A stretch of 64,000 nt of DNA from assembly GCF_009914755.1 (NCBI RefSeq), contig NC_060939.1. One strand, 5' to 3'. The position numbers were made by a program, and so were the translations under genes. Numbering within the stretch: position 1 is the stretch's first letter; each line of letters opens with the position of its first letter. The DNA comes from the human T2T-CHM13v2.0 reference genome, Homo sapiens. The notes under the pieces are model-generated. The model ran no database searches. It was not told the DNA's origin and saw only the letters and a list, made by a program, of their open reading frames with translations. Shown here one piece after another: positions 50,260-63,015 of the stretch.

Positions 50260-50731
50260 TGATAGCACATTATTCATAACAGCCAAAGAGAGGAAGCAAC
50301 CCAAATGTCCATTAGCTGATAAATGGATAAATGAAATATGGTACGTCCGAAGAATGGAATATCATTCACCCATGAAAAAGAACGAAGTCCAGCACCAAAA
50401 CGTGCTACAACATGGATGAACTTCGATGACTTTGTGCCACATGAAAGAAGAAGCCAGCCACAAAAGGCCATATATTGTATGAAATGAAATGTCCAGAATG
50501 GGCAAACCCATAGAGACACAAAGTAAGTTAGTGGTTGCCCAGGGTTTTGGGGTTGGGGTCTAGAAAGTGACTGCCAATGGGGATGGTGTTTCTTTTTGCG
50601 ATAAAAAAAATGTCTTGTGTTTAGATGGTGGTTGATGGTTGCACAACACTGTGAATATACTCAAAAACCACTGAATGGTATATTTTTAAAAAGGATGAAT
50701 CTTAGGGTATGTGAATTATATCTCAATTTTT
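50260..50731 (+). mobile_element. Old L1M (L1MB-like) 3' end fragment hosting the Smad6s exon
   Basis: tattcataacagccaaa...aacccaaatgtccat...gaaatgtccagaatgggcaaaccc...ttagtggttgcc...gtgaattatatctcaat are hallmarks of L1MB 3' ends. Confidence 0.8.
50489..50522 (+). CDS. SMAD6: Alternative first coding exon of the short isoform Smad6s (MSRMGKPIETQ-K, spliced to exon 2)
   Basis: ATG TCC AGA ATG GGC AAA CCC ATA GAG ACA CAA A|GTAAGT; phase 1 gives MSRMGKPIETQK-SPPPPY, which matches the Smad6s N-terminus as I recall it. The 5' extent of the exon is not defined by the sequence. Confidence 0.85.
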
Positions 50732-52837
50732 GGAAAGGGTCACCTGATATTGGTCTGTAACTGGCCTCCCCTATAACACCTGCAGCTACCTTCATGTGTG
50801 GCCTTGGGCAGGTCCTTCAGCAAGTGGGACCTTAGTTTCATATCAGTGAAAAGAAGGAATTGAGTTGGGTGAACCCCAAGGCCTCTTCTGTCTTTGACAC
50901 TCTAAATCCTTGTGTTGTGGGGTGGAGTCTAAAGCCTTCATACTTTTTTAGTTGCCTACAATGGAATTTAGTGATTAGCTTTCAGTCCCTGCAGTTGTTA
51001 AACAGTTGTGTGCATACTATTTTGCCAGAGCTAATGGGAGCCTGGTGAGGTCCCTCCTGAACGGTTTGTAGTGCTCCACTAGCTGGCATGTCTCATGGTT
51101 CAGGTTCATAGATTTTCTTTCTATCTCACAACATTGGAACTCCCAACTCAGCTATGGCCATGGGTAGCAGGTGTCACAACTCAAGGCCCAGGTAGCTCTT
51201 CCAGGTGGGACTTCATGAGCCTTTCCTGCCTTCCACCTTTTGAGTCCCAGGTAAGCAGCCCCTGGAAGAGATGCTGGCATTGGTTACAGAGGCTTGACTC
51301 CAGCCACTACTGCCCATAGTTGTCAAGATTCACCTTTGGGGACAAATCTTGGGGGCAGATGTTCAGAGCTCCATGCCATGTGTGGCCTAGACCTCAGCCA
51401 GTCAGATTTTTGCAAAAGTAACCCTAAGGAATTGCAGGCTTTCTGATAAGTTCATGGGGGTGGTGGAAAGGGCATGGAGGTCAGAGACCTGGCTTTGGTT
51501 CTGGCTCGATACCTAGCTCCTGAGGGAGTCACTTCCACTCACCAGGCCACAGTCTCCTTCTCTGTACAGTGGAAACACTGGCCTCAATTCTCTTTTCCTG
51601 TGGAACTCCAGCCCTTCCTATGCCCTGCCTCTTATCCTGAGAGGCTGGTCCTCACTCAAGGCTGGCCTCTAGGCCTGAGAGCCCCCTAGATCCTCTTTCT
51701 GCACATCTTTGGCCACAGATGCATTCAACTTTACCATTATCCTCATCCCAGTTGTCTGTGTCCACATTTAGTGAGCGCGTTCTGTGCAGGTGGTGTCCCA
51801 GACCCAGCGGGGATGAAGGGGTGTAAGACAGGGCATCTCTTGATTCCACCTTATTGGGTGGCAGAGCAGAGTCAGGCCTGGACTGGAATCCCAGCTCCAC
51901 CATGACTGGCTCGGGGAACATGCGCAAGTCAGTTTTCTCATCTGTAAAATGGGGATAATAATGTCATCTCATTTAATTTTTGTATTTTGAGAAAGGATTA
52001 AATAAAAATAGGTGCCTGATGAGCATAATTAACTACTCTGTACCTGAGGTCTAAAATAGTAAAATTGAAAGTGATTGGCATGGAGTGAGACACAACGTAG
52101 ACACCGAGCAAATGTTCGCGTCTCTCTCAGTGGCTACTCTGTGATTCACTTTTCCTTCTCCCTAATTTCTGTCCACAGAAAGTCTCTGTTTCTAAACCTC
52201 AGAGCTTTGACTTTGTTGGAAGTAACTTTGAGCTGGAAAAGCCGGGGTGGGGAAGAGGTGAGGCCTCATTGGGTGTATGGAGCAAAACAAATGCTCCTGT
52301 AACTAATTGTGGCTTATTACAATTGTGAAAAACACTTATTACCCCTTGTGTCATTACTGATACCCGCTTAATAATAGTTATTACCACTGAGAGTTTGTTT
52401 TAGTTTGCGATTTGATTGTGTTTAGTTTCATTTACCGAAAATGAAGGGTCATTTCATTCATGCAAATTGTTACTTAGTTTAGCAAATTGTTACTTCCCAT
52501 AAAGCAAGAAGCTAAGGAATTCTTCTGAAAGCAAAGTATATGTTTTTAAGGAGAAGTATTTTAGGCAAATGAAAGGAAACCCAAAGAAAAATATCATAGA
52601 CAATAAGGAATCATAGCATCTGAGCTGTAGAGAGCTTGTGTTCCACCCCTGTCCTTTACAAAAGGGGAGACTGAGGCCAACAGCTGGAAGTGACTGGCTT
52701 AAGGCCTATTGAGATAGCTGGGTTTGGCCTTTTGGGTCCTAACCCTTTCTACTGTCCTCCCCTGCACCTAGGAATGCTAGCTCTAATGCAGCTTGTTTGG
52801 ACACGAGTTTCTGTGTCTGGGCCTTTGCACTCACACT

Positions 52838-53028
52838 AGGCTTGCCAAATTTAGCAAATAAAATGCAGGATGCCCAGTTAAATTCGAGTATCAGATAAAC
52901 AACACACCATATTTTAGTATAAGTACACCCCCAATATTGAAAGGGACACACTTATACTACAAAATGATGCCATGTTTATCCAAAACTCAAATGTAACTGA
53001 GCATCCGGTATTTTATCCAGCAACCCTG
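52838..53028. mobile_element. MER53 palindromic hAT MITE
   Basis: ttgccaaatttagcaaataaaatgcaggatgcccagttaaatt...aactgagcatccggtattttatccagcaaccctg; internally palindromic. Confidence 0.85.
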
Positions 53029-53434
53029 GCTCTGACTTTCCCTGCACTCACGTTTCTCTTGTTAAAGTAGTAACAGTTACTGTTTATGGAGGTGTTTTTG
53101 GACAGGGCCAAGAGCTGCACTAAGCATTTTACATACATTATCCCAGCAAACCTGGGAGGTCTAGATGATTATTATCCTCATTTTAGAGCTGAGGAAACAG
53201 GCTCAGAGAGGTGAAGTAAGTTGCTTGAGGTCACACAGCCAAAGGTGGCAGAGCTGGGATTGAGCCCATATCTGTCTGTGCCCCAAGCCTGTGGCTTTAA
53301 CTGTTGAGGGGATTTGGGCAGCAGAGGAGGTGGGACAAAGGGAGGGCTTCCTGGAGGCTGAGTTTATTATTTGGGAAACCAGTAATTAAAAGCATGTAGA
53401 ACCTGAGGTGTGAGCTCCCCAACCCTGGCAGTGA

Positions 53435-53626
<192 letters not shown>

Positions 53627-54198
53627 TGAAAGCCGGACTGGTTGCTGTGAAATGGGGTGAAGTTGTACAAACACTCCCACAGTTGGGCCAAAGCAGACCC
53701 AGCTTCTGCAGCAGGCTATTTACATCTCGAAATTCCGCGGCTCATCATTAACCTCTCTGTGACCTTTTTAAACATGGGCCTGTCGAAGATGAATGGGTTT
53801 TGACTTATGCATCTCACCGGAGGTGGGTTGGCATTTCTGTGTCTCTTTCCTCTCTCTTGGGCCCCCCAGCCTTGGGTTATTCTCCTTTAGAGTGTATTAA
53901 TTAGTAGTATGACAAATAGGTTGGGCATGAAGTCTTTGTTGAGAGGAGCTGTACATTTTCCCCCTTTTTAAGCCAAGATGTTCACTTGAGCAGAAACAAC
54001 AATTGGAGTGTTAAAAAGGAATGTATATTGGTACACAAAGCCCCTGGCATGGACTGTCCCCTAGGTGAGCTTAGTGGAGTTGGTAATTTTAGACAACTCC
54101 CATTCAGAGGCAGAACATGTTTTCTGTAAAACCTTGAGCCTAGATGATCAGCCCATATTCTGGGGTAGATGTAAGTGGTTTCAAAAGTAGAGATTGTT

Positions 54199-54810
54199 GG
54201 CTCACGCCTGTAATCCCAGCACTTTGGGAGGCCAAGGAGGACAGATCACTTGAGGTTAGGAGGTTGAGATCAGCCTAGCCAACATGGTGAAACCCTGTCT
54301 CTACTAAAAATACAAAAATTAGCCGGGTGTTGTGGTACACATGCTCCCGAGTAGCTATAATTCCAGCTACTCAGGAGGCTGAGGCAGGAGAATTGCTTGA
54401 ACCTGGGAGGTTGCAGTGAGCTGAGGTCACGCCACTGCACTCCAGCCTGGGCGACAGAGTGAGTGAAATTCTGTCTCAAAAAAAAAAAAAAAAAAAAAAA
54501 AGAGTAGAGGTTGTGGTTGGGAACGATGGCTCATGCCTATAATCCCAGCATTTTAGGAGGCTAAGGTGGGAGGATTGCTTGAAGCCAGAAGTTCCAGACC
54601 AGCCTGGGCAACATAGCAAGACCCCATCTCTATAAAAAATATGAAAATTAGCTGGGTGTGGTGGCTCAGGCCTGTAATCCTAGCTACTTAGGAGGCTGAG
54701 GTGGGAGGATCCCTTAAGCCCAGGAGTTAGAGGCTGCAGTGAGGTATGATTGTGCCACTACACTCCAGTCTGGGGGACAGAACAAGACCCCATCTCTAAA
54801 ACAAAATAAA
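54199..54810 (+). mobile_element. Tandem AluS (54199-54500) and AluJ (54515-54810) in intron 2
   Basis: Alu consensus; AAAAGTAGAGATTG-like TSD three times. Confidence 0.9.
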
Positions 54811-54843
54811 AGTGGAGATTGCTTGGATCTCTGTTTCCTCTAG

Positions 54844-55407
<564 letters not shown>

Positions 55408-56099
55408 GGGCAAGTCACTTCTTAGTGTCGTAGACACTCAGGCATATCCACCCCAGTTTTCTTTCCAGACCCCTCTCCTGCTGTGAAGTCAGAAGTGCCC
55501 ACCAGGTCCCTTCAGGAGTGTGACCTTCTCAGGCTGGGTGGGCAGAGGCTGTTCCACGAGGGTGTGGGAGTCAGCCACCAAACCATGGTGGCCACCCTAT
55601 TGTTGTTCCAGAAGTAGGATTGTCCCATGAATGGGGGAGCCTTAGTTCTCTCGGAAACTGGAGAGATCATGTGGTGGAAGCTTGTCACTTAAGAGATGAA
55701 GAATCAAACTGAGTGAGGGCGAGGAGCTTCCCAGCTAATGAGCTGCAGGGTTGAGGTACAAACTCAGAGCAGCCCCCACTCAGGTGGGTGGCTCACTGTC
55801 CTTCCCTCGGAGGCCTGTCTCAGCATTTCCTAAGTCAGCATAATTGCACTAGTTGCTTGTAGGACCCCTAGTTCCATTAGAGAAAAAAACCCTCAAAAGT
55901 TCTTAGTGAAAGTTCTTAGCACCTCAGTTTGAATGTCAAGGATCATCGCCCTGAGGTTTTGTCAGTTAGCCTGTGATAAAGCAGCAAAAATCAGGACACT
56001 GCCCAGCCCTGCAGAGTGACCATGTGGAAACCAACAGTTGTCCCCATGGTTTTACAAATGAGATGACTGAGGCCCAGAAAGAGGAAGTGACACTTGCCG

Positions 56100-56403
56100 G
56101 TGGTCAAATAGCTCAGCCCACCACCTGTTTTTATATGGTTTGCAAGCTACGAATGGCCTTTATTTTTGAAGTGGTTAAAAAAAAAATCCAAAGAAGCATA
56201 ATATTTTGTGACACCTGAAAATTACGTGAAATTCAGATTTTGGTGTCCGGAAGTGGAGTTTTACTTGGAACACAGCCAGGCTTGTCCATTTCCATTTTGT
56301 CCATGGCTGAGGCAGAGTTGAGTAGTTGCAGCAGAGGCCGTATAGTTCACAAAGCTGAAAATATTAACCTCTGGCCCTTTATAGAAAAAGCTGGTGAGCC
56401 CTG
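56100..56403. mobile_element. MER58B-like hAT-Charlie element
   Basis: cacctgtttttatatgg...aatattttgtgacac..gaaaattacgtgaaattcagattt...tggcccttt..agaaaaag. Confidence 0.75.
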
Positions 56404-58188
56404 ATGTTGCTTGACTCATAGTGGAGGCGGGACCTGAACCTGGAGCTCCAACTTGCAGATGGAGTTCTTGCTCCTTGAGGCTTGAGCAGTGATGGAGGCT
56501 GGGAACATTCTTTTGCACAGCAGCCATTGAGACACTGTCCAGGGCCTCACTAGAAACACTAGATGTGAGGGTTTGGCAAGGGCGTGATAGGGACTTACTA
56601 GCTGTGAAAGGTGGAAACCGCTTGTCGTTTCCACTCTTCTGGAAACCTCACAATGCTGTCTGTGTTGGCTGTAAGGCAGTTCACTAAGAAATAGGACTCG
56701 GCTTGTGATGTTGCTACTTCAGATGAGAAGTGGCAGCAGGGCTCTGGGCACTGAGCACTTTGGGAACATTAGGTATTAAAAGCAAAACCCTTTTAAGAAC
56801 TTCCCACTTGAGCACTGAGCTTTTTTTTTTTTTTTTTTTTAAAGATTTTTCTGTGTGTACTTATTTTTCTCCTAACATATTTTTCCAGCAGATAACTTTT
56901 TCATTCCCTGATAAATAGTCCCGCGTTATTTTTTGGTATTATTTTCTCTTCCTTGCATTGTTGCTTTTTCATAAACAAAAAGCCAGTTCACTTCTAAGCC
57001 TCTGTGATCACATGAGACCAAAAAACAAAATAAAACCTAGAACACTCAGTCAGCATCTGGCAAGTGGAAAACGAGAGAGGAAAAAAAAAAAAAAAAGGCC
57101 AAATTGGTTAATGTTTTATCTTCCTGCTCCCCAAGCCATGTGGTAAAAGGAAAAAAAGTTCCTGCAGGATCAAATGGAATTCTAGCTAGTGAGGGCCTGG
57201 GCAAACGGTTTTATCCCAGGAATCCTTTGCCTGGAGTAGCTGTGCTGGGCCGGCTGGGGCCAGGTGGGGCCACCCGAGCCAGTCCTGGATTGTGCCAGGT
57301 GAGAAGATGTGTGTGCTGCAGGCCTTCCAACTCCTGGACAGGCCTGTCCCTTAACGGGGACAACACCCATTGCTGGTAGCAGAGGCACAGGCCCAGGAAA
57401 AATTTTCCAAGTCGGCCTGTCCCAAAAGGCATCGGCTTGTCAAACTAGCAGCTCAGTGTTCTATAGAAAATGTGCAAAAGAATTTCTCTTTCTCATCTAA
57501 CTGCTCGGCAGACAGAAGAAAACCAATAATGTACATATGAAGTACTTAAAACTACTTAAAAAAAAAAAAAAAAAGAACGCCTTAAAAAAAAACAGTCCAG
57601 GCATTAAAAGTTGCTCTTGTGAGCAGGTTTGGATGTTAGGGAGTGGGGGAGGGGAGAGAAAAAACAAAGTTAATCTGGGAGCAAATGCTTGAGCCCTTAA
57701 TTAGAGGGGTGTAAGCGGGACAGAGTGAGGACGGCTGGTGACTTGTTAAAACAGTTTCCCCAGCCCTAGCGGGAGGGAGGAAGGAAGGAAGGAAGAAAGG
57801 AAGGAAGGAAGCAAGAAGGAACAACTTCAAGAATTTTAATGGTTGTAATTAAGTACAGCAACTATGAATTGTTTAGGGGCTTAATTTAACCTTACCCGCG
57901 GAGGCTCCAAGTTGCTACTTGCTCGGTCCCCTGAACTTGGGTTATTTCTGTGGTCAGGGCAATGGCAGCGTTTTCAGGTACCAGCTTCACCACAGTCAGC
58001 ACTTTCCAGAAGAGTTCCTGGGCTGGCTGGTCTGGTCTGGGGTGATCCTGAGATGGGGTTACAGGGTGACATCAGAAAGTTGGGAGGGACATGCTGCCCT
58101 TTGCAAGCACACACATCCACACACGTGCACATGTACAGAGATGCATGAGAAAGAAGAAAAAAGAGAGCGCTGCCCCACGGCCAACTAA

Positions 58189-58482
<294 letters not shown>

Positions 58483-58801
58483 TGAAACCTGAAGATAACT
58501 TTTAAAGCACCTGTCTACCACGTTTTAACCAGTTGTCTCTCTCTTGTCTCACTTGGAAATGATAAAAGCTCAGCACAGCTCTCCCTTTCGTGTTTAGAAA
58601 GAGATCCTCTTCCCCCAGCTGCGAGAGGCAGCAAAGTGGATGTGGTATACATTTGTCTTCCTCCTGTCCTCACTCCAGGGGAGGGACCAATGTGAAGGGT
58701 CAGAAGATTGGGGGAATTGGAGCCGGTTGAATGAGCTTGCAGGGAGGATCTGGCAAGTGAGGAGTTTGGCAAAGCCAGTGGTTTCTGTGTCTCTCCCTGA
58801 G

Positions 58802-58866
58802 CAGCAGATGCTGGGATAGGAAGCCGAGGGAACCGTGGTTTGGAGTCCTCTGTCCCCTGCAGTTAG
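58802..58866 (+). CDS. SMAD6: Alternative intron-3 exon encoding AADAGIGSRGNRGLESSVPCS-stop (338-aa MH2-less SMAD6 isoform)
   Basis: Polypyrimidine tract tttctgtgtctctccct then GAG|CAG|CAG acceptors; in frame with exon 3; TAG at 58864-58866. The peptide matches my recollection of a truncated SMAD6 isoform. Exon 3' end uncertain. Confidence 0.75.
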
Positions 58867-59901
58867 AAGCTGGTCATAGGGACCCCTACATCCGGAGGAA
58901 TACCTGAATCAAACTTTCCTTGAGAAATGAGAGGTTGGTGTTGGACTGGGGACATCGAGGGCCAGGACCAAGGTCTGTGGGGCCCTTTGGGAGCATGGCT
59001 GGTGGCATGGTGGCCTGGTGGCATGCTGGCTGGGACTGACAGCCCCTCAGGCTGGGGCTGCATACCTTGTGGGCATGTCTGGATGGCTGTGTGTCTCCAT
59101 CTGAGACATTCTTCCCTCACCCCACATCCATGCCATGGTAGCAGTCGCCAAAATCATAGCCATTTATTGAGTGTATGCTATGGCCGGCACTCCACTTGGC
59201 CGCTTTATATGCATTCTCTTGGGACAGCCATGGGCTGTTTGTCTCCAGGGTTTGTGCTCTTCATCACTGTTTTGTCCCCCACTTTTCTGCAAGGGCCAAA
59301 TGTACCTTCAATAAATGTATTTCCCCTAAAGTCCTGTCGTTCTTGATGTAGTCTCTCTGCAACTCTAAGGATAATGCAGCACTGGCTGCTCATGGCTGCC
59401 TGGCCATTTCCCCAGCCCAGAGCCTTTGCCTATCCATTCCCTTCTCACCAAGGCATGGGAGCTTACAAGAGTATGACTGTTGCAGAGATGGGGAGGCTAG
59501 AAGCGGAAGCAGGAATGTGACTTGCCATACAGGGTCCCACAATGGGCAACCTGGTCCTGGGCTGCGGTGGTCCTGGGGTCCAGGTCTTCTGGGTCCTATT
59601 CCTGAGTGCCTTCTGGTCTTTGGTGGCTCCCTTCGTTAGGGTACTTCCTTCTCTAATAATTTATTTCCCTCAAAGGCCCAACCAGATGAACGCAAGTTAA
59701 AATTTCAATCCTTTCTTTTTTCCTCTGCACCTACATGAGTGAAAGCCACATATAATTTTGAAGCAAGGGGCTTAAAAGTATTTCTGAATTTGCGATTTTG
59801 TGTCACTGCCAGCCCTCAGATGGATTCCATTGGCGTTGGTTGTCTGGACAGATGGGTAATTTTTTGGCATCCTCTTTCTCCCTATTGTTAATGATGGAAA
59901 G

Positions 59902-59903
<2 letters not shown>

Positions 59904-59944
<41 letters not shown>
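59904..59944. repeat. (GT)~20 microsatellite in intron 3
   Basis: Direct reading. Confidence 0.95.
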
Positions 59945-59945
<1 letters not shown>

Positions 59946-62900
59946 TGTGCATGTGCATACCTTACAGTTTTAAGGTGTTTGCAGATGTAATCTCATTTGA
60001 TCCCAGCCATTCCAGAGGGGGCCTGGTGTGGCTCAGGCTGAAAGGACCAGACCCCCAAGCACTGTCAGGAGGCCTCTCCCTCAATCCAGAGGCTGGGAAG
60101 TCTCAGGAGATCCCAAGGCCATTAGTTTTGTTGCCTTTGGGCCTCACTGGGCCTGTGTCTGAGATTTCCGACCGGATATCCCAGAGCAGTCTTTGGTACT
60201 GGGTGGTGAGAAGGTCCCTGCTACTCATGACTGTGCAAAAGGACTGTGTTGGAAAATGTGTCCAATGCTTTAGAATTCTAAGGAGCGGAAGGATTTGGGG
60301 AGGAAATTGGGGATTTCCTATGCCAAGGACATTGAGTGAGGTCTTGAAGGACTTTGGTGTGAGTTCTGGGTGGCCTCAGTAGGTGAATGGAGTGTTTCCC
60401 TTTGTGTCATCCTGGTCCCTTCCAGGGATGCCATGCGTGGAATGTTCCCCGCTGAGGGCCCACTGTTAGCTTTTCCAGCTTGCTCTGTGCTGTAGGGATC
60501 TGAGGTCCTGTGGGTTAAGCTGCCCGCCTGCCTACTGGGAGCCCAAAGACATGGGGCTGTGCTGGCTGTCACACTGGAGGACATATTCAGGGAGGGAAAT
60601 GGCCTAGGGGGTGACAGGTCTTGGTGGATGGTGAAGGCACGAGTCATTCTGCAAGATGGAATGCAAGGTTGTGTGGGAGGGCAGGACTGGAGGTGAAGTC
60701 AGAAAGGTGAGGGGCAGAGGTGGGCACAATGTGTTGGGCCAGGCCGGGGCATTTGATGTCTAAGGACAAATAATGATGATGGTGCTGATGATGACAGCAG
60801 TTGACATTTATCGACACTCACTACATGTCAGGCACTTTGCTAAGCGCCAGCATTCTCCATTTCATTGACTCCTTACCACAACCCTGTGAGACAGGTGTGA
60901 TTCTCCCCATTTCATAGAGGAGGAAACTGAGGCTCATTGCTGGGCCAACTGCCCATAATGTAAGTGGAAGGCTTGGAACATGAGCCTGGACAGTGTGACT
61001 GCCTAGCTCACACCCTGAGGGCCCTGCCCAGTGTTCTACAACAAGTATCCCTGTTCCCTTCCCCAAGCCAGACCCTGGCAGGAGCAAAGTAAAATGATCC
61101 AAAGGAGCCTGGTGGGCACCTGTCCTGATTTAAGTACCGGGGAAGGGGATGAGGGGCTAGCGAGGGTGCAGGGCGGCTCCGTGCCCTTCCAGGCCACTAC
61201 TGGACAAACCTTGGGGACCACCCAGAGATCACACCACTCGCTGGCCTGGCCTTCCATCTCCCGGAGTTCTGGGGGTCTGCCGATCCCGAGAGCCTTGTTA
61301 CCCTCAGTGTCCTGGGATGTACGTCATCCCCAAACAGGGTGTCTGCAGCCCCAGGATGGAGACTGCCCTAGTTTGTCTCGCACAATGACAATCCCAGCGC
61401 TGGGCCTGGGACTCTTATCTGTTTTATCCAGCTCCATGGTCTCTGCTTTACTTCCCTGTCCTGTTGTTGAGGCCACTTGGGGGAAGGATGGGCCTCTTGA
61501 GGCTTAGTCCCAGGCCCAGGCAGGCAAGGAGGCATGAGTGGGCAGGGCGAGGGGCCGCAGGAAAGGAGACGCAGTTGCTTCAGCTCTCTGCCGAGTAGTT
61601 GTTGGAAAACCTTCATTTGATCTCTACATCAGCTCCCAATTTGGATACGTGATTCCCACTAAACAGTGTAGAGGGGGCAAGTGGCTTCACCAAGGTCACT
61701 GGGGAGGGGGGTGGTGGAGGGAGGCTAGAATGCAGAGCTTTAAGCAGATCTGGAGACCTTACACCTGGAGTCTTTGATGGGATTTGGGAAGAATGGAAAG
61801 CCTAGAACTTTTGGGGTACCTTCAGAACTTTGGCACTCTGGTTTCCTCGCCTAATTCAGGGCGTGGGGTGCTGTCACCTGACTGTCCAAGGCCCCTGTCA
61901 GGCTGTCCTCTTCTCTGCTGTATTTCCTTTCCTCTTCCATTTGCTTGATTTCAGTTTAGTTTGGGGAGGAAAGGAAGAGAAGCTAGTTAAATAAATTCAT
62001 ACTAAGGTGTGAGTGGCTGGTAGGCAAACTTTTTTTTTTTTTTCAACTTTAAAGTAGAACATGCCATAATTCTCAGAATTGCAGGATGAAGAAATGGCAG
62101 TTCCGAGAAAGGCTGGTGGCAGAGGGCAGGGTTCTCTCAGCATCTCTGACTCCAGCCTAGAAAAACAATGAACATGTCATAAGGAGCTTTAAGCCCTGGG
62201 TGAGGGAAGGAGCCCTGGCCAGGCCGGGCTGGGTGAGCTCTGAGTCACTTAGCGGGAGCCTGAAGTGGCAGGGCTGCTTAAGCACCCGGGCCTGCCTGAC
62301 TCCATGCTGTGGGGCTGGAGGCGGCACACTGGGCAAGCTTCTTTAGGACCAGTAGCTCCCCTCTGCTGTCTTATTCTAGTGCCTGTAAGATAACCATTCA
62401 AGTGCTTTATTAAGCATCCTGTCCCTCCATTTTCTCACTTGTAAAATGAGGATGATAATAACAACAAACATATCCTTAATGGTGAGGGTTAAATGAGATA
62501 CTTTACCCCTGCCAGGGTCTAGCACGGGGAAGGGGATGGGGACGCTTGTTATGGAACACTGGGCAGGGCCCTCAGGGTGGGAGCTGGGCAGTCACTGTCC
62601 AGCTATGTGTAAGGCATGGTCTAAGCTGCCCATCACTGGGATCGCGCAGTCCTTGCTGGAACCTTGGCCCTCTGTGCCTGGTATCTCAGTCCTCACAGCA
62701 TGTGGGTTTCTTTAGAGCTGTGTTAGTGAGAGCAGGCCCTTCAGTTTAGAAAGGAGGATGCCAGGGGAAGGAAGGGAGCAACAGTAGGCTACATGGAGAG
62801 TTGGGGGCTGAGCTGGATGTGGGTATCTTTCCTCCACCAACCAGACTGTAAGCTCCTTGAGGGCGCAGATCATTTTGTAGATTGTTGCATTGTGTAAGTT

Positions 62901-62965
62901 GGCAGAGTTTGGGAACAGAGGCTCAGGGAGGTTGGGAGACTGGCTCAGAGCCATACAGCAAGCAG

Positions 62966-63015
62966 AGCAGCGTGGACCCACCTAGGGTTGCAACCCAAGG
63001 TGGATCCACACTGCT
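62966..63015. repeat. 50-bp spacerless near-palindrome (22/25 pairs)
   Basis: AGCAGCGTGGACCCACCTAGGGTTG|CAACCCAAGGTGGATCCACACTGCT. Confidence 0.93.
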
